Below are positions 16,387 through 26,853 of a stretch of 64,000 nucleotides of DNA, in pieces. Position 1 is the first letter of the stretch. Each line of letters opens with the position of its first letter. The position numbers and the translations under genes are program-made. The notes beneath the pieces are model-generated. The model did not search any database and was not told where the DNA came from. It saw only the letters and a program-made list of their open reading frames with translations. This DNA is from an uncultured Muribaculaceae bacterium. Lineage in GTDB: Bacteria; Bacteroidota; Bacteroidia; Bacteroidales; Muribaculaceae. The stretch covers positions 279,397 to 343,396 of the forward strand of contig CAKUMB010000001.1 of NCBI GenBank assembly GCA_934667475.1, read 5' to 3'.

Positions 16387-19110
16387 GTGGCCGCTCATGG
16401 CTTGGTAACAGGCGGCCCCATCGATATAGGAGACCAACCTATGTTAACGAATGGACTTGGAACTTACACTCGGTATGATGCATTTGGCCGAATTGATTCA
16501 GTGGGCAATGAAATAGGAAATTCAAAAGTGACTCACTTATCATGGGCTGGCGTTACAGAAGCAGGTTGTTACGTGTCTCTTGTTACCGAAACGGGAAAGC
16601 CCGACAGACGAAATGTGTTTGACGGCTTTAACCGCGAGGTGCAGACGGCAGTGATGCGTCCCGATGGCCGGTGGCTGAAAACAGATAAACTCTATGATTG
16701 TCGTGGCAATATTATGTCGGAGTCGTTGCCTTACACATCCGAACAGCCACAGTTGGTGACAACGGGATATGATCACTATGGCCGTGTTATACGGAAGTTG
16801 TGGCCCAGTGGCCGCAGCGAGAGCTATTCTTATCACGGACTTTCCTCTGCATCGACAGTAGAGGGAATAACATCAACGAGTTGTGTTGATCCGTTGGGTC
16901 GTATAGTGGAAGTGGAACGGCCCGATGGAACCGTGAAATACACCTTGCGCCCTGATGGTCAGCCCGAAGCCATTCTTGTAAATGGCTCTATAAGCACCAC
17001 ATTTGAGTATGATAGTTTCGGTCGAAAAACGGTCATTAATGATCCCAGTGCTGGCCGCAGGGAATATGCATACGATGCTGCAGGCAATGTTGCAAGTGAG
17101 ACAGATGCGCGAGGCAGAAAAGTTATGCACAAGTACGACAAACTTGGGCGTGTGATACTTAATGAGCATGACGGCATTACTCAAAGTTTCAAGTATGATT
17201 ATGATGGTAATGTTGAGAGTGTGACTCAATCTGATGGGCAATGGATGCACTATGGCTACGATATAGCCTGCCGTGTCGTTCAGGTCGATGACAATGGTTA
17301 TATCCGCAAATACGGGTATGTGGATGGTAATGTGGCAGAAATCAGGCATGTCTTACCTCGAAAACTACATTTAGACGACATAGTGGAGCGTTATGTCTAC
17401 TCAAAAGGTACGCTCACAGAACTTAGCATCGACAATGTGGGGGTGGTGTGGCGGCTTAACGCCGAAAGTGATATGGGCATTCCTTCCGCCACATCGGGCA
17501 TGGCAATAAGCACTGAATTCTCATACGACAGCGATATGCGGTTGTCACGGCAGGTGGCTAAGAGCAAGGGTGGTGCGGTGCTGCACAATATGGAATATAA
17601 TTATGACCCTGAGACTGGAAATCTGATGTCGCGTACAGACAATCTTGGCTATGGAGAGGAACAGTTTGAGTACGATGAACTTAACAGACTGGTGTCGTAT
17701 GGCAACGACCAAGAAGTTGAGTATGACGAAAAGGGCAACATACTTGCCCTTGATGCTGCTGAAGAATATAAGTACGGTAGCGCACGGCCATATGCAGTTA
17801 ATTCTGTGGAAACAGAAGAAGATGCCGAAGGCCAACGCATTGTATTTAATGCGCTGCAAAAGCCCGACAGCATTATGCAGGGAGGCGTTACTGCTGCGTT
17901 TACCTATGGCTGTGACGGACAGCGCTCTTTGATGCGCATTTTTGACGGCAGAGGCAATGGTACTGACACTCGATATTATGGAAGTCAGCAGTTCACGCTG
18001 CTTTCACATAAAAATGGAAATGACGTGAAGAATGTTGCGATTCTGTATTTGGGTGGAACGCTATATAGGGCCCCTGTCGCACTTGTTAATAACATATATG
18101 ATTGTAATGGGTGGCAGGTATATGATATTGTGCGCGATCACTTGGGTAGTATTTCAGAAATTGTTGATACTGCTGGCTGTGTCGTGCAGTCGCTGCGGTA
18201 TGATGCATGGGGCAACTTGTGTGATGCTTATACACAGGAGGCTTACACAGCAGCTAATATGCCACAGCTTGTGCTTGGACGGGGATATTGTGGTCATGAG
18301 CATCTTTTGGATTTTGGACTAATCAACATGAATGCGAGGCTCTACGATCCAGCTGTGGGTAGGTTCCTTAGCCCAGATCCGCAGGTGCAGCTTCCTGACA
18401 ATGTGCAGAGTTACAACCGCTACAGCTATTGCCTGAATAATCCGCTGCGCTACCGTGATGAGGACGGGGAGTTCTTCCTCGGATTGGTGATTGGCTTTTT
18501 CCGCGGCATATTCACTTGGCAAAATCCATTTAAAACGGCTTGGCACACAGCCGTCAACGAGACTAAAATTCGGATAGGGCTGCTTAAGGCTGATTGGAGC
18601 CAAGGCTTTTTCAAGGGTATGAAGCAACTTGTGTCGCGCTTCACTTGGGAATCGTTGCAGACGGTGGTTGGCATATCTTATTCGTTGGTAAGAAACTGGA
18701 TAGTCGACACGGAAGTCAGATATAATGGAGGAGCAACGTTTGTCATAAAATTCAATGGAAAGGGTAATGGCATTACAATAGGAAATTATATAAATATAAA
18801 TGATAAACTCAGCTATGAGAAAGCCAACGTGTTTGCTGGAGGATCCTTTAATCCTGCAAACGATGAATTATATGTGCATGAATATGGACATTACATTCAA
18901 AGTCAAAATAATGGGCCGCTTTATTTGCCAGTGTTTGGCATTCCCAGTTTGATTGATTGCAAATTTAATGACAACCATTCTGACACGTGGACCGAAAAAG
19001 ATGCCACAACCCGAGGTATGGCTTATTTTGGAAAAACAGAGAATATAAAGTATCCTTATTACCACAAAATGCTGGCACGGCACTTGAAATTGGTGTCGTT
19101 TGATAATTAA
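16387..19110 (+). CDS. RHS/YD-repeat polymorphic toxin, main body with RHS core and C-terminal HExxH toxin domain
   Basis: 907 aa from a GTG start; the same frame is open from about 16219. It has many YD repeats (YxYDxxGN). The RHS core hallmark is LYDPAVGRFLSPDP...NNPLRYRDEDGEF. The C-terminal ~210 aa carry HEYGHYIQS (an HExxH zinc-peptidase-like motif). Confidence 0.8.
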   Translation: MAAHGLVTGGPIDIGDQPMLTNGLGTYTRYDAFGRIDSVGNEIGNSKVTHLSWAGVTEAGCYVSLVTETGKPDRRNVFDGFNREVQTAVMRPDGRWLKTDKLYDCRGNIMSESLPYTSEQPQLVTTGYDHYGRVIRKLWPSGRSESYSYHGLSSASTVEGITSTSCVDPLGRIVEVERPDGTVKYTLRPDGQPEAILVNGSISTTFEYDSFGRKTVINDPSAGRREYAYDAAGNVASETDARGRKVMHKYDKLGRVILNEHDGITQSFKYDYDGNVESVTQSDGQWMHYGYDIACRVVQVDDNGYIRKYGYVDGNVAEIRHVLPRKLHLDDIVERYVYSKGTLTELSIDNVGVVWRLNAESDMGIPSATSGMAISTEFSYDSDMRLSRQVAKSKGGAVLHNMEYNYDPETGNLMSRTDNLGYGEEQFEYDELNRLVSYGNDQEVEYDEKGNILALDAAEEYKYGSARPYAVNSVETEEDAEGQRIVFNALQKPDSIMQGGVTAAFTYGCDGQRSLMRIFDGRGNGTDTRYYGSQQFTLLSHKNGNDVKNVAILYLGGTLYRAPVALVNNIYDCNGWQVYDIVRDHLGSISEIVDTAGCVVQSLRYDAWGNLCDAYTQEAYTAANMPQLVLGRGYCGHEHLLDFGLINMNARLYDPAVGRFLSPDPQVQLPDNVQSYNRYSYCLNNPLRYRDEDGEFFLGLVIGFFRGIFTWQNPFKTAWHTAVNETKIRIGLLKADWSQGFFKGMKQLVSRFTWESLQTVVGISYSLVRNWIVDTEVRYNGGATFVIKFNGKGNGITIGNYININDKLSYEKANVFAGGSFNPANDELYVHEYGHYIQSQNNGPLYLPVFGIPSLIDCKFNDNHSDTWTEKDATTRGMAYFGKTENIKYPYYHKMLARHLKLVSFDN

Positions 19111-19129
19111 TACAAGAAAGGAACTTATT

Positions 19130-19591
19130 ATGAGAAAAAGAACGTGTGTTTTAGTTGTTATGCTGGCAGCGGTTGCTGCCATGACGTTGGTGTCGTGCGA
19201 ATATTTTTGGGACATCACCATAAAGAATAATAGTGATGATGATGTGCTCTGCACTGAGTGCGAGTCGTTGGGCGATACCACTATTGATGCTGACCGCATG
19301 CTGCTGGCAGAGGCAGGGAAAGAGACAAGGTTTGGCTATATAGGCACTGTGTTCCATAAATCATATTCCAAAAACGAATATTATGTGTATATGATAGTGA
19401 GTGCCGACAGTGTGCTTAAATATGGTGCGAAGAAAGTGGCTAAAGACAGAAACTTCATTTGCCGCTATGAGGCTATTGGGAGGGCTTTTAGCGTGCTTGG
19501 AAAATTGGAGTTGTCCTATCCGCCTACACAGGAGATGGTAGATGCCGGCGTGCGTGTGATTTATCCTGATGGGCGTGTGTGGCAGAAGTGA
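19130..19591 (+). CDS. putative RHS-toxin immunity lipoprotein
   Basis: About 153 aa with a lipoprotein signal (LVSCEY). It lies immediately downstream of the RHS toxin gene. Its C-terminal motif YPPTQEMVDAGVRVIYPDGRVW is shared with the next ORF. Confidence 0.6.
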   Translation: MRKRTCVLVVMLAAVAAMTLVSCEYFWDITIKNNSDDDVLCTECESLGDTTIDADRMLLAEAGKETRFGYIGTVFHKSYSKNEYYVYMIVSADSVLKYGAKKVAKDRNFICRYEAIGRAFSVLGKLELSYPPTQEMVDAGVRVIYPDGRVWQK

Positions 19592-19619
19592 AATTGCGTA
19601 ACTGGGAAAAAACTTAATT

Positions 19620-20102
19620 ATGAAATTAAACAGAATTATTCCATTGGTTGTTGCAGGGGTGCTGCTGATCTTGGCGCAGTCGTGCAAAGACAAGGTAGCA
19701 TATTATAATAAAATCTACAAATCGTACAGGAATTATGCCGATTATCCAATCAGGATTTATGAGACAGAATACCCCGACACCTTAATATCCCGGCATCCGC
19801 TTGAGTCGTATGTAATAAAGCCTGGCTATGCTCTGGATGGGCGCGTTGGGCATTTCTCAGGGCTTTATGTGGATGTGGTGAGCTTGATAATAATGAATTC
19901 CGACACGGTAGACCGCTATGGGCTGAAAACGATATCGCTGCAAAACAGGTACATCTGCAGGTATGACATAGACAATGAGGCTTATAAGAAACTGCCGAAT
20001 TCTTCGGCCAATACCAAGGTGGTGCGTTACCCGCCAACGCAGGAGATGGTTGATGCGGGAGTCCGCGTAATTTACCCTGACGGGCGCGTGTGGCTGAAGT
20101 GA
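19620..20102 (+). CDS. paralogous putative immunity lipoprotein (orphan/second immunity)
   Basis: 160 aa with a lipoprotein signal (LAQSCKD). The C-terminal 22 aa are nearly identical in protein to the preceding ORF, but the DNA has diverged at synonymous sites. Confidence 0.6.
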   Translation: MKLNRIIPLVVAGVLLILAQSCKDKVAYYNKIYKSYRNYADYPIRIYETEYPDTLISRHPLESYVIKPGYALDGRVGHFSGLYVDVVSLIIMNSDTVDRYGLKTISLQNRYICRYDIDNEAYKKLPNSSANTKVVRYPPTQEMVDAGVRVIYPDGRVWLK

Positions 20103-20217
20103 TGCAATTTTTGGTGGGGGCGGCTCGTTAGTAATGTGGTGGCACGATGTTTGCATTTGCTATGGTTGTATGCAATCATCACGCTATGTTTAATTCATAA
20201 AAAAAGAGACAGGCCGT

Positions 20218-20559
20218 ATGCTCACAATATTGTTTTTTGCCTTTGTGGCGATAATCCTCTATCCGCTGGTGCGCGTCATGTTTAGGCTGCACCGCATTAA
20301 GCGCGACTTCAGCCGCGCCTTTGAATCGGGGCGTCAGGCCGGGGGCGGCTATGAAACCAGCCAGGCTGGCGAGCGCGACCCATACACGGGCCGCCGCAAG
20401 GTGTATGGCAGCGATGAGGGCGAGTATGTCGACTTTGAGGAGGTGACAGCTGCCGAGGCCACTACAGCCGAGGCCACAGCTGCCAGAGGCAAGACCGCAG
20501 CGGCCGGCGACTACCGCGAGAGCCAGGTGGTGGATGCCGAGTTTGAGGAAATCGGTTAG
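20218..20559 (+). CDS. small membrane protein with acidic C-terminus (DUF4834-like)
   Basis: 113 aa with an N-terminal TM ([17 protein letters not shown]) and an acidic, Ala-rich C-terminal tail ([10 protein letters not shown]...). It sits upstream of mutS, which is common synteny in Bacteroidales (from memory). Confidence 0.5.
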   Translation: MLTILFFAFVAIILYPLVRVMFRLHRIKRDFSRAFESGRQAGGGYETSQAGERDPYTGRRKVYGSDEGEYVDFEEVTAAEATTAEATAARGKTAAAGDYRESQVVDAEFEEIG

Positions 20560-20675
20560 CGCCACAGCGGCTGCGGGTAGCAGCCCGGGCGGTGAATTGG
20601 GTGCGGCCTTTTTTGCCAGTGCTCTTAAATTGCCGTATCTTTGCCACAGAAAACAATCAAGACACATACACTATA

Positions 20676-23291
20676 ATGGCAAAGGATATAGTTCAAACCC
20701 CGATGATGAAGCAGTTTTTGGCCATGAAGGCCAAGCACCCCGATGCGGTGCTGCTGTTCAGGGTGGGAGACTTCTATGAAACGTATTCCGAAGATGCCAT
20801 AACAGCATCGGAGATTCTGGGCATCACTCTCACGCGGCGCGCCAACGGCGCCGCCAAGAGCATCGAGATGGCCGGGTTTCCGCATCACGCCCTCGACACC
20901 TATCTGCCAAAGCTGGTGCGCGCTGGCAAGCGCGTGGCCATCTGCGACCAGCTTGAAGACCCTAAGCTCACCAAAAAGCTGGTGAAGCGCGGCATCACCG
21001 AGCTTGTGACGCCCGGCGTGGTGGTGGGCGGCAACATTCTTGACCGCAAGGAAAACAACTGGCTGGCCGCCGTGCACTTTGGCAAAAAGGAGTGCGGCGT
21101 GTCGTTTCTTGATATAAGCACGGGCGAATTCCTCACCTCGGAGGGCGATGTGGCCTATGTTGACAAGTTGCTGGCCAACTTTGCGCCCAAGGAGGTGCTG
21201 GTTGAGCGCGGCCTGCGGCGCAAGTTCGACGACACCTTCAGCGCGCGCTACCTTACCTTTGAACTCGACGACTGGGTGTTCAGCGAGGAGTCGGCCACCG
21301 AGCGGCTGCTGAAGCACTTCGAGACCAAAACACTGAAAGGCTTCGGCGTGGCGGGCATGACCAGCGCCATAATTGCGTCGGGCGCCGTGCTGCACTATCT
21401 CGACGCCACCCAGCACACCCACATCAAGCACATCACCACGCTGGCACGTATCGAGGCCGAGCGTTTTGTGCGCCTCGACAAGTTCACCGTGCGCAACCTC
21501 GAGCTGGTGGCGCCGATGGCCGACGAGGGCAAGAGCCTGCTGAGCGTGCTCGACCGCACGCTCTCGCCCATGGGGGCGCGCATGATGCACCGCTGGCTGC
21601 TGTTCCCGCTGAAGGATGTGAAGCAAATCAACCGCCGCCTCGATGTGGTGGAGCACTTCTTCAAGCACCCCGACGACCGCGAACTGCTGAAAGAGCAACT
21701 CGAGCTGATAGGCGACATCGAACGCCTGATATCGAAGGTGGCCGTCAACCGCATCACTCCGCGCGAGCTGGTGCAGCTCAAGTCGGCCCTGCAGGCCATC
21801 GAGCCCATAAAGCAGATGTGCGTGCAAAGCGGCAATGAGGTGCTGCGCAACCTGGGCGCGCAGTTGAATCCGTGCCCCATAATCCGCGACCGCATCGATA
21901 GCGAAATCAATCCCGACGCGCCCAACCAGGTGAACCGCGGCAACGTGATTAACCGCGGCGTGGACTCGCAGCTCGATGACCTGCGCGACATATCGGTGTC
22001 GAGCAAGGACTACCTGATGCAGCTGCAGCGGCGCGAGAGCGAGGCCACTGGCATCCCAAGCCTGAAGATTGCCTACAACAATGTGTTTGGATACTACATA
22101 GAGGTGCGCAACACCCACAAGGACAAGGTGCCCGAGGGCTGGATTCGCAAGCAGACGCTTGTCAACGCCGAGCGCTATGTGACGCAGGAGTTGAAGGAGT
22201 ATGAGGAAAAAATACTCGGCGCCGAAGAGAAGATACTCATCATTGAGCAGCGGCTGTTCACCGAGCTGGTGGCCGCTGTGGCCGACTACATACCCGCCAT
22301 TCAGCTCGACAGCAGCCTCATTGCGCGGCTCGACTGCCTGTGTGCCTTCACGCGGGTGTCGCTCGACAACCGGTATAACCGCCCCGAAATCAACGAGGGA
22401 CTTGACATCGACATCACCGAGGGCCGGCATCCTGTGATAGAGCGGCAGCTGCCGCCGGGCGAGGTGTATGTGCTCAACAGCATCCACCTGGGCAACGACG
22501 GCCAGCAGATAATGATAATCACCGGCCCCAACATGGCCGGCAAGTCGGCCCTGCTGAGGCAGACCGCCCTCATCGTGCTCATGGCGCAGGTGGGCTGCTT
22601 CGTGCCCGCCGAGGCTGCCAAAATAGGCATCGTCGACAAAATCTTCACACGCGTGGGAGCCAGCGACAACATCTCGCTTGGCGAGTCCACATTCATGGTC
22701 GAGATGACCGAGGCCGCCTCCATCCTCAACAACCTGAGCCAGCGCAGCCTGGTGCTGTTCGACGAGCTGGGCCGCGGCACCAGCACCTACGACGGCATAT
22801 CCATAGCCTGGTCGATAGTGGAATACATCCATGAGTCGCCCACAAGGGCCAAGACCCTCTTTGCCACCCACTACCACGAGCTCAATGAAATGGAGAAGTC
22901 GTTTAAGCGCATACGCAACTACAATGTGAGCGTGAAGGAGATTGACGGCAAAGTGGTGTTTGTGCGCAAACTGGTGAAGGGTGGCAGCGAGCACAGCTTC
23001 GGCATTCACGTGGCCCGCATAGCAGGCATGCCCAAGGCCATAACTAGCCGCGCCGACCAAGTGCTGAAACAGCTGGAGGCCAACAACCGCAACGACGGCG
23101 TCGCGGCGGCAGGCAATGGCCTGGCTTCGGCAGGCAGCGGCGTGCAGCTGTCGTTCTTCCAGCTCGATGACCCTGTGCTGTGCCAGATTCGCGACGAGAT
23201 ACTGCACACCGACATCAACAACCTCACCCCCATGGAGGCCCTTAACAAGCTCAACGACATCAAGGGCATCATCACGGGCAAAAAGGATTGA
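20676..23291 (+). CDS. mutS: DNA mismatch repair protein MutS
   Basis: About 872 aa. The N-terminal mismatch-binding segment is [28 protein letters not shown]. Walker A is GPNMAGKS, and the C-terminus is MutS-family. Start taken at MAKDIV; the ORF track begins at 20592. Confidence 0.95.
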   Translation: MAKDIVQTPMMKQFLAMKAKHPDAVLLFRVGDFYETYSEDAITASEILGITLTRRANGAAKSIEMAGFPHHALDTYLPKLVRAGKRVAICDQLEDPKLTKKLVKRGITELVTPGVVVGGNILDRKENNWLAAVHFGKKECGVSFLDISTGEFLTSEGDVAYVDKLLANFAPKEVLVERGLRRKFDDTFSARYLTFELDDWVFSEESATERLLKHFETKTLKGFGVAGMTSAIIASGAVLHYLDATQHTHIKHITTLARIEAERFVRLDKFTVRNLELVAPMADEGKSLLSVLDRTLSPMGARMMHRWLLFPLKDVKQINRRLDVVEHFFKHPDDRELLKEQLELIGDIERLISKVAVNRITPRELVQLKSALQAIEPIKQMCVQSGNEVLRNLGAQLNPCPIIRDRIDSEINPDAPNQVNRGNVINRGVDSQLDDLRDISVSSKDYLMQLQRRESEATGIPSLKIAYNNVFGYYIEVRNTHKDKVPEGWIRKQTLVNAERYVTQELKEYEEKILGAEEKILIIEQRLFTELVAAVADYIPAIQLDSSLIARLDCLCAFTRVSLDNRYNRPEINEGLDIDITEGRHPVIERQLPPGEVYVLNSIHLGNDGQQIMIITGPNMAGKSALLRQTALIVLMAQVGCFVPAEAAKIGIVDKIFTRVGASDNISLGESTFMVEMTEAASILNNLSQRSLVLFDELGRGTSTYDGISIAWSIVEYIHESPTRAKTLFATHYHELNEMEKSFKRIRNYNVSVKEIDGKVVFVRKLVKGGSEHSFGIHVARIAGMPKAITSRADQVLKQLEANNRNDGVAAAGNGLASAGSGVQLSFFQLDDPVLCQIRDEILHTDINNLTPMEALNKLNDIKGIITGKKD

Positions 23292-23322
23292 TAAAATCAA
23301 TACACACATCACATCATCATCT

Positions 23323-24564
23323 ATGGAAAGAAAAGACTTTGAGATAATGGCCCCTGTGGGCTCGTGGGAGTCGCTCACCGCAGCGTGGCAGGGCGGCGCC
23401 GACGCCATATATTTCGGCATCGAGGGCCTTAACATGCGCTCGCGCTCGAGTGTTAACTTCTCGCTCGACGACTTGCGCACCATAGCCGCCTGGTGCCACG
23501 AGCGGGGGCTGAAAAGCTACCTCACCGTCAACACCATCATCTATGAGGAAGACATCGACTATATGCACCAAATAGTGGGCGCGGCCCGCGACGCTGGCAT
23601 CAGCGCCATCATTGCCAGCGACATGGCCACCATACTCTATGCACGCAGCATAGGCGTGGAGGTGCACATCTCCACCCAGGTGAACGTGAGCAACAGCGAG
23701 GCCATGCGCCACTATGCCCAGTGGGCCGACGTGATGGTGCTGGCACGCGAGCTCAACATGAGCCAGGTGGCCGCCATCCACAAGGTGATAGAGCGCGACG
23801 GCGTGTGCGGCCCCCACGGCCGGCCCGTGCGCATCGAAATGTTTTGCCACGGTGCACTGTGCATGGCCGTGAGCGGCAAGTGCTACCTGAGCCTGCACGA
23901 AACCGGCGCCAGCGCCAACCGCGGCGCGTGCCGGCAGATATGCCGCCGCAGCTATCTGGTCACCGACCGCGACACAGGCGACGAACTGGCCATCGACAAC
24001 AAATACATAATGTCGCCCAAAGACCTCAAGACCATCCATTTCATGAACAAGATGATTGATGCAGGTGTGCGTGTGTTCAAAATCGAAGGCCGCGCCCGCG
24101 GCCCCGAATATGTGCGCACCGTGGTCAGCTGCTATAACGAGGCCATCAACAGCATCATCGACGGCACCTACAGCGACGAGAAGATAGCTGACTGGAACAC
24201 ACGGCTGGCCTCGGTGTTCAACCGCGGCTTCTGGAACGGATACTATCTGGGGCAGCGCTTGGGCGAATGGACGTCGAAATACGGCTCCAGCGCCACCCAT
24301 ACCAAAGTGTATGCCGCCAAAGGCGTGCGCTATTTCACCAAGCTTGGCGTGGCCGAATTTCTGATGGAGGCTGGCGAGCTGCACGTGGGCGACGACATCT
24401 ACATCACAGGCCCCACCACCGGCGCCGTGCCCATGAAGGTAGAAGAGATACGCGTCGACCTCAAACCAGTGGACAAAGCCGTGAAGGGCGACCACTTCTC
24501 GATAAAGACCGACGTGAAAATCCGCCCCAGCGACCGCCTCTTCATCTGGCAGCCCAAGCCCTAA
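23323..24564 (+). CDS. peptidase U32 family protein (collagenase-like / tRNA-modification U32 homolog)
   Basis: About 413 aa. MERKDFEIMAPVGSWESL is a typical U32 N-terminus. E-x-F-x-H-G-A-x-C-x-x-x-S-G-x-C, the U32 signature (EMFCHGALCMAVSGKC), is present. Confidence 0.85.
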   Translation: MERKDFEIMAPVGSWESLTAAWQGGADAIYFGIEGLNMRSRSSVNFSLDDLRTIAAWCHERGLKSYLTVNTIIYEEDIDYMHQIVGAARDAGISAIIASDMATILYARSIGVEVHISTQVNVSNSEAMRHYAQWADVMVLARELNMSQVAAIHKVIERDGVCGPHGRPVRIEMFCHGALCMAVSGKCYLSLHETGASANRGACRQICRRSYLVTDRDTGDELAIDNKYIMSPKDLKTIHFMNKMIDAGVRVFKIEGRARGPEYVRTVVSCYNEAINSIIDGTYSDEKIADWNTRLASVFNRGFWNGYYLGQRLGEWTSKYGSSATHTKVYAAKGVRYFTKLGVAEFLMEAGELHVGDDIYITGPTTGAVPMKVEEIRVDLKPVDKAVKGDHFSIKTDVKIRPSDRLFIWQPKP

Positions 24565-24583
24565 TCCCCAATGCATAAAATCA

Positions 24584-24640
24584 CGCGCGGCGCGGATGGC
24601 ACTCTGGAAGTGCTGCCCGCGCCGCGCGACTTTATGGTTG
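24584..24640. terminator. hairpin between convergent U32-peptidase and recA genes (probable recA terminator, possibly bidirectional)
   Basis: A 12-bp perfect stem, CGCGCGGCGCGG (24584-24595) / CCGCGCCGCGCG (24617-24628). On the minus strand it is followed by TGATTTTATG. The plus-side T-run is weak. Confidence 0.45.
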
Positions 24641-24654
24641 GGTTATGAATGAGT

Positions 24655-25743
24655 CTATGCCTGCTCGCCTTCGGGGGTCTCGCCCTTCATGGCGGCCATT
24701 ATCTTGCTCTCAAGCTCTTCGGCCAGTTCTGGGTTGTCGGCCACTATCTGCTTGGCGGCATCGCGTCCCTGGCCGAGTTTGGTGCCTTCGTAGCTGAACC
24801 ACGATCCGCTCTTCTTGACTATGCCAAACTGCACACCCAGGTCGATGATTTCGCCCACTTTGCTTATGCCCTTGCCAAACAGTATTTCGAATTCTGCTTT
24901 GCGGAATGGGGGAGCCACTTTGTTTTTCACCACCTTCACGCGCGTCAGGTTGCCAATCACGTTCTCGCCGTCTTTGAGCTGGCCCAGGCGGCGAATGTCG
25001 ATGCGCACCGATGCGTAGAACTTTAGGGCGTTGCCACCGGTGGTGGTCTCGGGGTTGCCAAACATCACGCCCAGCTTTTCACGCAGCTGGTTGATGAATA
25101 TGCAGGTGGTGTTGGTCTTGCTGATGGTGGCGGTGAGCTTGCGCAGCGCCTGCGACATGAGTCGGGCCTGCAGACCCATTTTGCTCTCGCCCATCTCGCC
25201 TTCGATTTCGGCCTTGGGGGTGAGTGCTGCCACCGAGTCGATCACTATGATGTCGATGGCGCTTGAGCGTATCAGCTGGTCGGCTATCTCAAGGGCCTGC
25301 TCGCCGTTGTCGGGCTGCGAAATCCACAGGTTGTTCACGTCCACGCCCAGGCTCTCGGCATAGAAGCGGTCGAAGGCGTGCTCGGCGTCGATGATGGCGG
25401 CTATTCCGCCCATTTTCTGCGCCTCGGCAATGGCGTGGATGGCCAGAGTGGTCTTACCCGACGACTCGGGGCCGTAGATTTCCACGATGCGGCCGCGGGG
25501 GTATCCGCCCACGCCCAGGGCATAGTTGAGGCCGATTGAGCCGGTGGGTATCACCTCGATGTTTTCGATGTGGTCATCGCCAAGCTTCATAATCGAGCCG
25601 CGGCCGTAGGTCTTGTCGATTTTGTCCATGGCCACTTGTAGGGCTTTGAGCTTTTCGGGCGATACGGCCTTGCGCGCGGGCTGGGTCTCGGCGTCGGCTG
25701 GCTGTGCGTCGAAATCCAGTTCGTTGGTGTCTTTTTCTTTCAT
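24655..25743 (-). CDS. recA: recombinase RecA
   Basis: Walker [11 protein letters not shown], and classic RecA loops. Start chosen at MKEKDTNE; the ORF continues in frame up to 25818. Confidence 0.95.
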   Translation of the reverse strand: MKEKDTNELDFDAQPADAETQPARKAVSPEKLKALQVAMDKIDKTYGRGSIMKLGDDHIENIEVIPTGSIGLNYALGVGGYPRGRIVEIYGPESSGKTTLAIHAIAEAQKMGGIAAIIDAEHAFDRFYAESLGVDVNNLWISQPDNGEQALEIADQLIRSSAIDIIVIDSVAALTPKAEIEGEMGESKMGLQARLMSQALRKLTATISKTNTTCIFINQLREKLGVMFGNPETTTGGNALKFYASVRIDIRRLGQLKDGENVIGNLTRVKVVKNKVAPPFRKAEFEILFGKGISKVGEIIDLGVQFGIVKKSGSWFSYEGTKLGQGRDAAKQIVADNPELAEELESKIMAAMKGETPEGEQA

Positions 25744-26067
25744 AATTCTATCTTTTTTATTATTGTTCAGTTTTTGTTGTTGTGGTTGGGTGTTGCGCAC
25801 ACTTTGCAACCATTGCAAAAATAGTCAAAATAGTGCGTTATCTCAACTTTTATGCTGCAAAATTATCGGTGTGCTGGGCATGAGTGTTGCCCACTGCGCT
25901 AAAATGCGGTTAAAACTCATTGTTGCTGCACCGTTGGTCGTTGAAATGGCGCGGTTTGTCGAGTTTGGCTTGCTACAAGTGTCCGGTATAGCGCTTTTTT
26001 TGTAATTTTGCCGCGCGAATAAAAACGAGTTGCGACAATAGTAGAACATAATTATAGCATAACACGA

Positions 26068-26736
26068 ATGATGAAGAAATCATTAATTGTAATGGCTGCG
26101 GCTGTGGCTGTGGCCACAAGCAGCTGCGGCTCGCTGGCCGGTGCGTCGGCCGGCAGCGGCACATCAACGTCAACTTCAACCGGGTCGAGCGTGCTGGGTG
26201 GCATCTTGGGCAGCATTGCCAACAAGAACACTGCCGGCGAGCTGCTTAACATGGTGATTGGCGGAGTGAAAGTGGAGAAGAGCCAGCTGGTGGGCACTTG
26301 GCACTACAGTGCGCCCGGCTGCGCATTCACCAGCGAGAAGCTGCTGGCCAAGGCTGGTGGCGCTGTGGCCGCCGCCAAGGTCAAGGAGCAGCTCGAGACG
26401 TATTACAACCGCGCCGGCATCAGCAGTTCGAACACCTATTTCACTTTTACCGACGACAACAAGTTTAGCGCAAAGGTCAACAACATTCCGCTCAGCGGCA
26501 CCTACACCTACGATGCGTCGACGAGCGAGATTAAGCTTAAAACCCTGCTGCTTAGCTCTACGGGCCATGTGACCCGCACCACCAGCGGCATCGGCCTTAT
26601 GTTTGAGTCGAAGAAGCTGCTCACGCTGCTGCAGACGGCCACCAAGCTATCGGGCAATTCCAAGATTGAGGCCGTGGGCGACATCGCATCTAACTACGAC
26701 GGCATACGCTTGGGCCTTGAAATGAAGAAACAGTAA
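26068..26736 (+). CDS. hypothetical lipoprotein (lipocalin-like DUF, Bacteroidota)
   Basis: 222 aa with a lipoprotein signal (VATSSCGS). A canonical rho-independent terminator lies at 26769-26818. Confidence 0.6.
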   Translation: MMKKSLIVMAAAVAVATSSCGSLAGASAGSGTSTSTSTGSSVLGGILGSIANKNTAGELLNMVIGGVKVEKSQLVGTWHYSAPGCAFTSEKLLAKAGGAVAAAKVKEQLETYYNRAGISSSNTYFTFTDDNKFSAKVNNIPLSGTYTYDASTSEIKLKTLLLSSTGHVTRTTSGIGLMFESKKLLTLLQTATKLSGNSKIEAVGDIASNYDGIRLGLEMKKQ

Positions 26737-26768
26737 TCCACCGCTTAAATAGTAGCCAAATATTAATA

Positions 26769-26818
26769 ATCGGCAAAGGGGAAAACGCATTTTGATTCCC
26801 GCCTTTGCCGATTTTTTT
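26769..26818 (+). terminator. rho-independent terminator after lipoprotein gene 26068-26736
   Basis: An 11-bp perfect stem, ATCGGCAAAGG (26769-26779) / CCTTTGCCGAT (26802-26812), followed by TTTTTTT. Confidence 0.6.
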
Positions 26819-26853
26819 CGTTTGACCTCTATTGCTCTTACAATAGGTGGTGG

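Noticed and set aside
20625-23483. 952-aa minus-strand ORF antisense to mutS, with similar long antisense ORFs elsewhere (4476-6047, 6285-7445, 8164-9774, 23317-24576, 30135-31217, 38912-39919, 42005-43204, 51106-52161, 53245-54381, 56892-57794)
   Set aside because: In a ~60% GC genome, stop codons are rare in antisense frames. The sense strand carries clearly recognisable conserved proteins (MutS, NadB, AGCS, TBDT, U32, POP, HK, MFP, GH20, ...). The antisense translations are low-complexity and rich in R/A/G/H, with no motifs.
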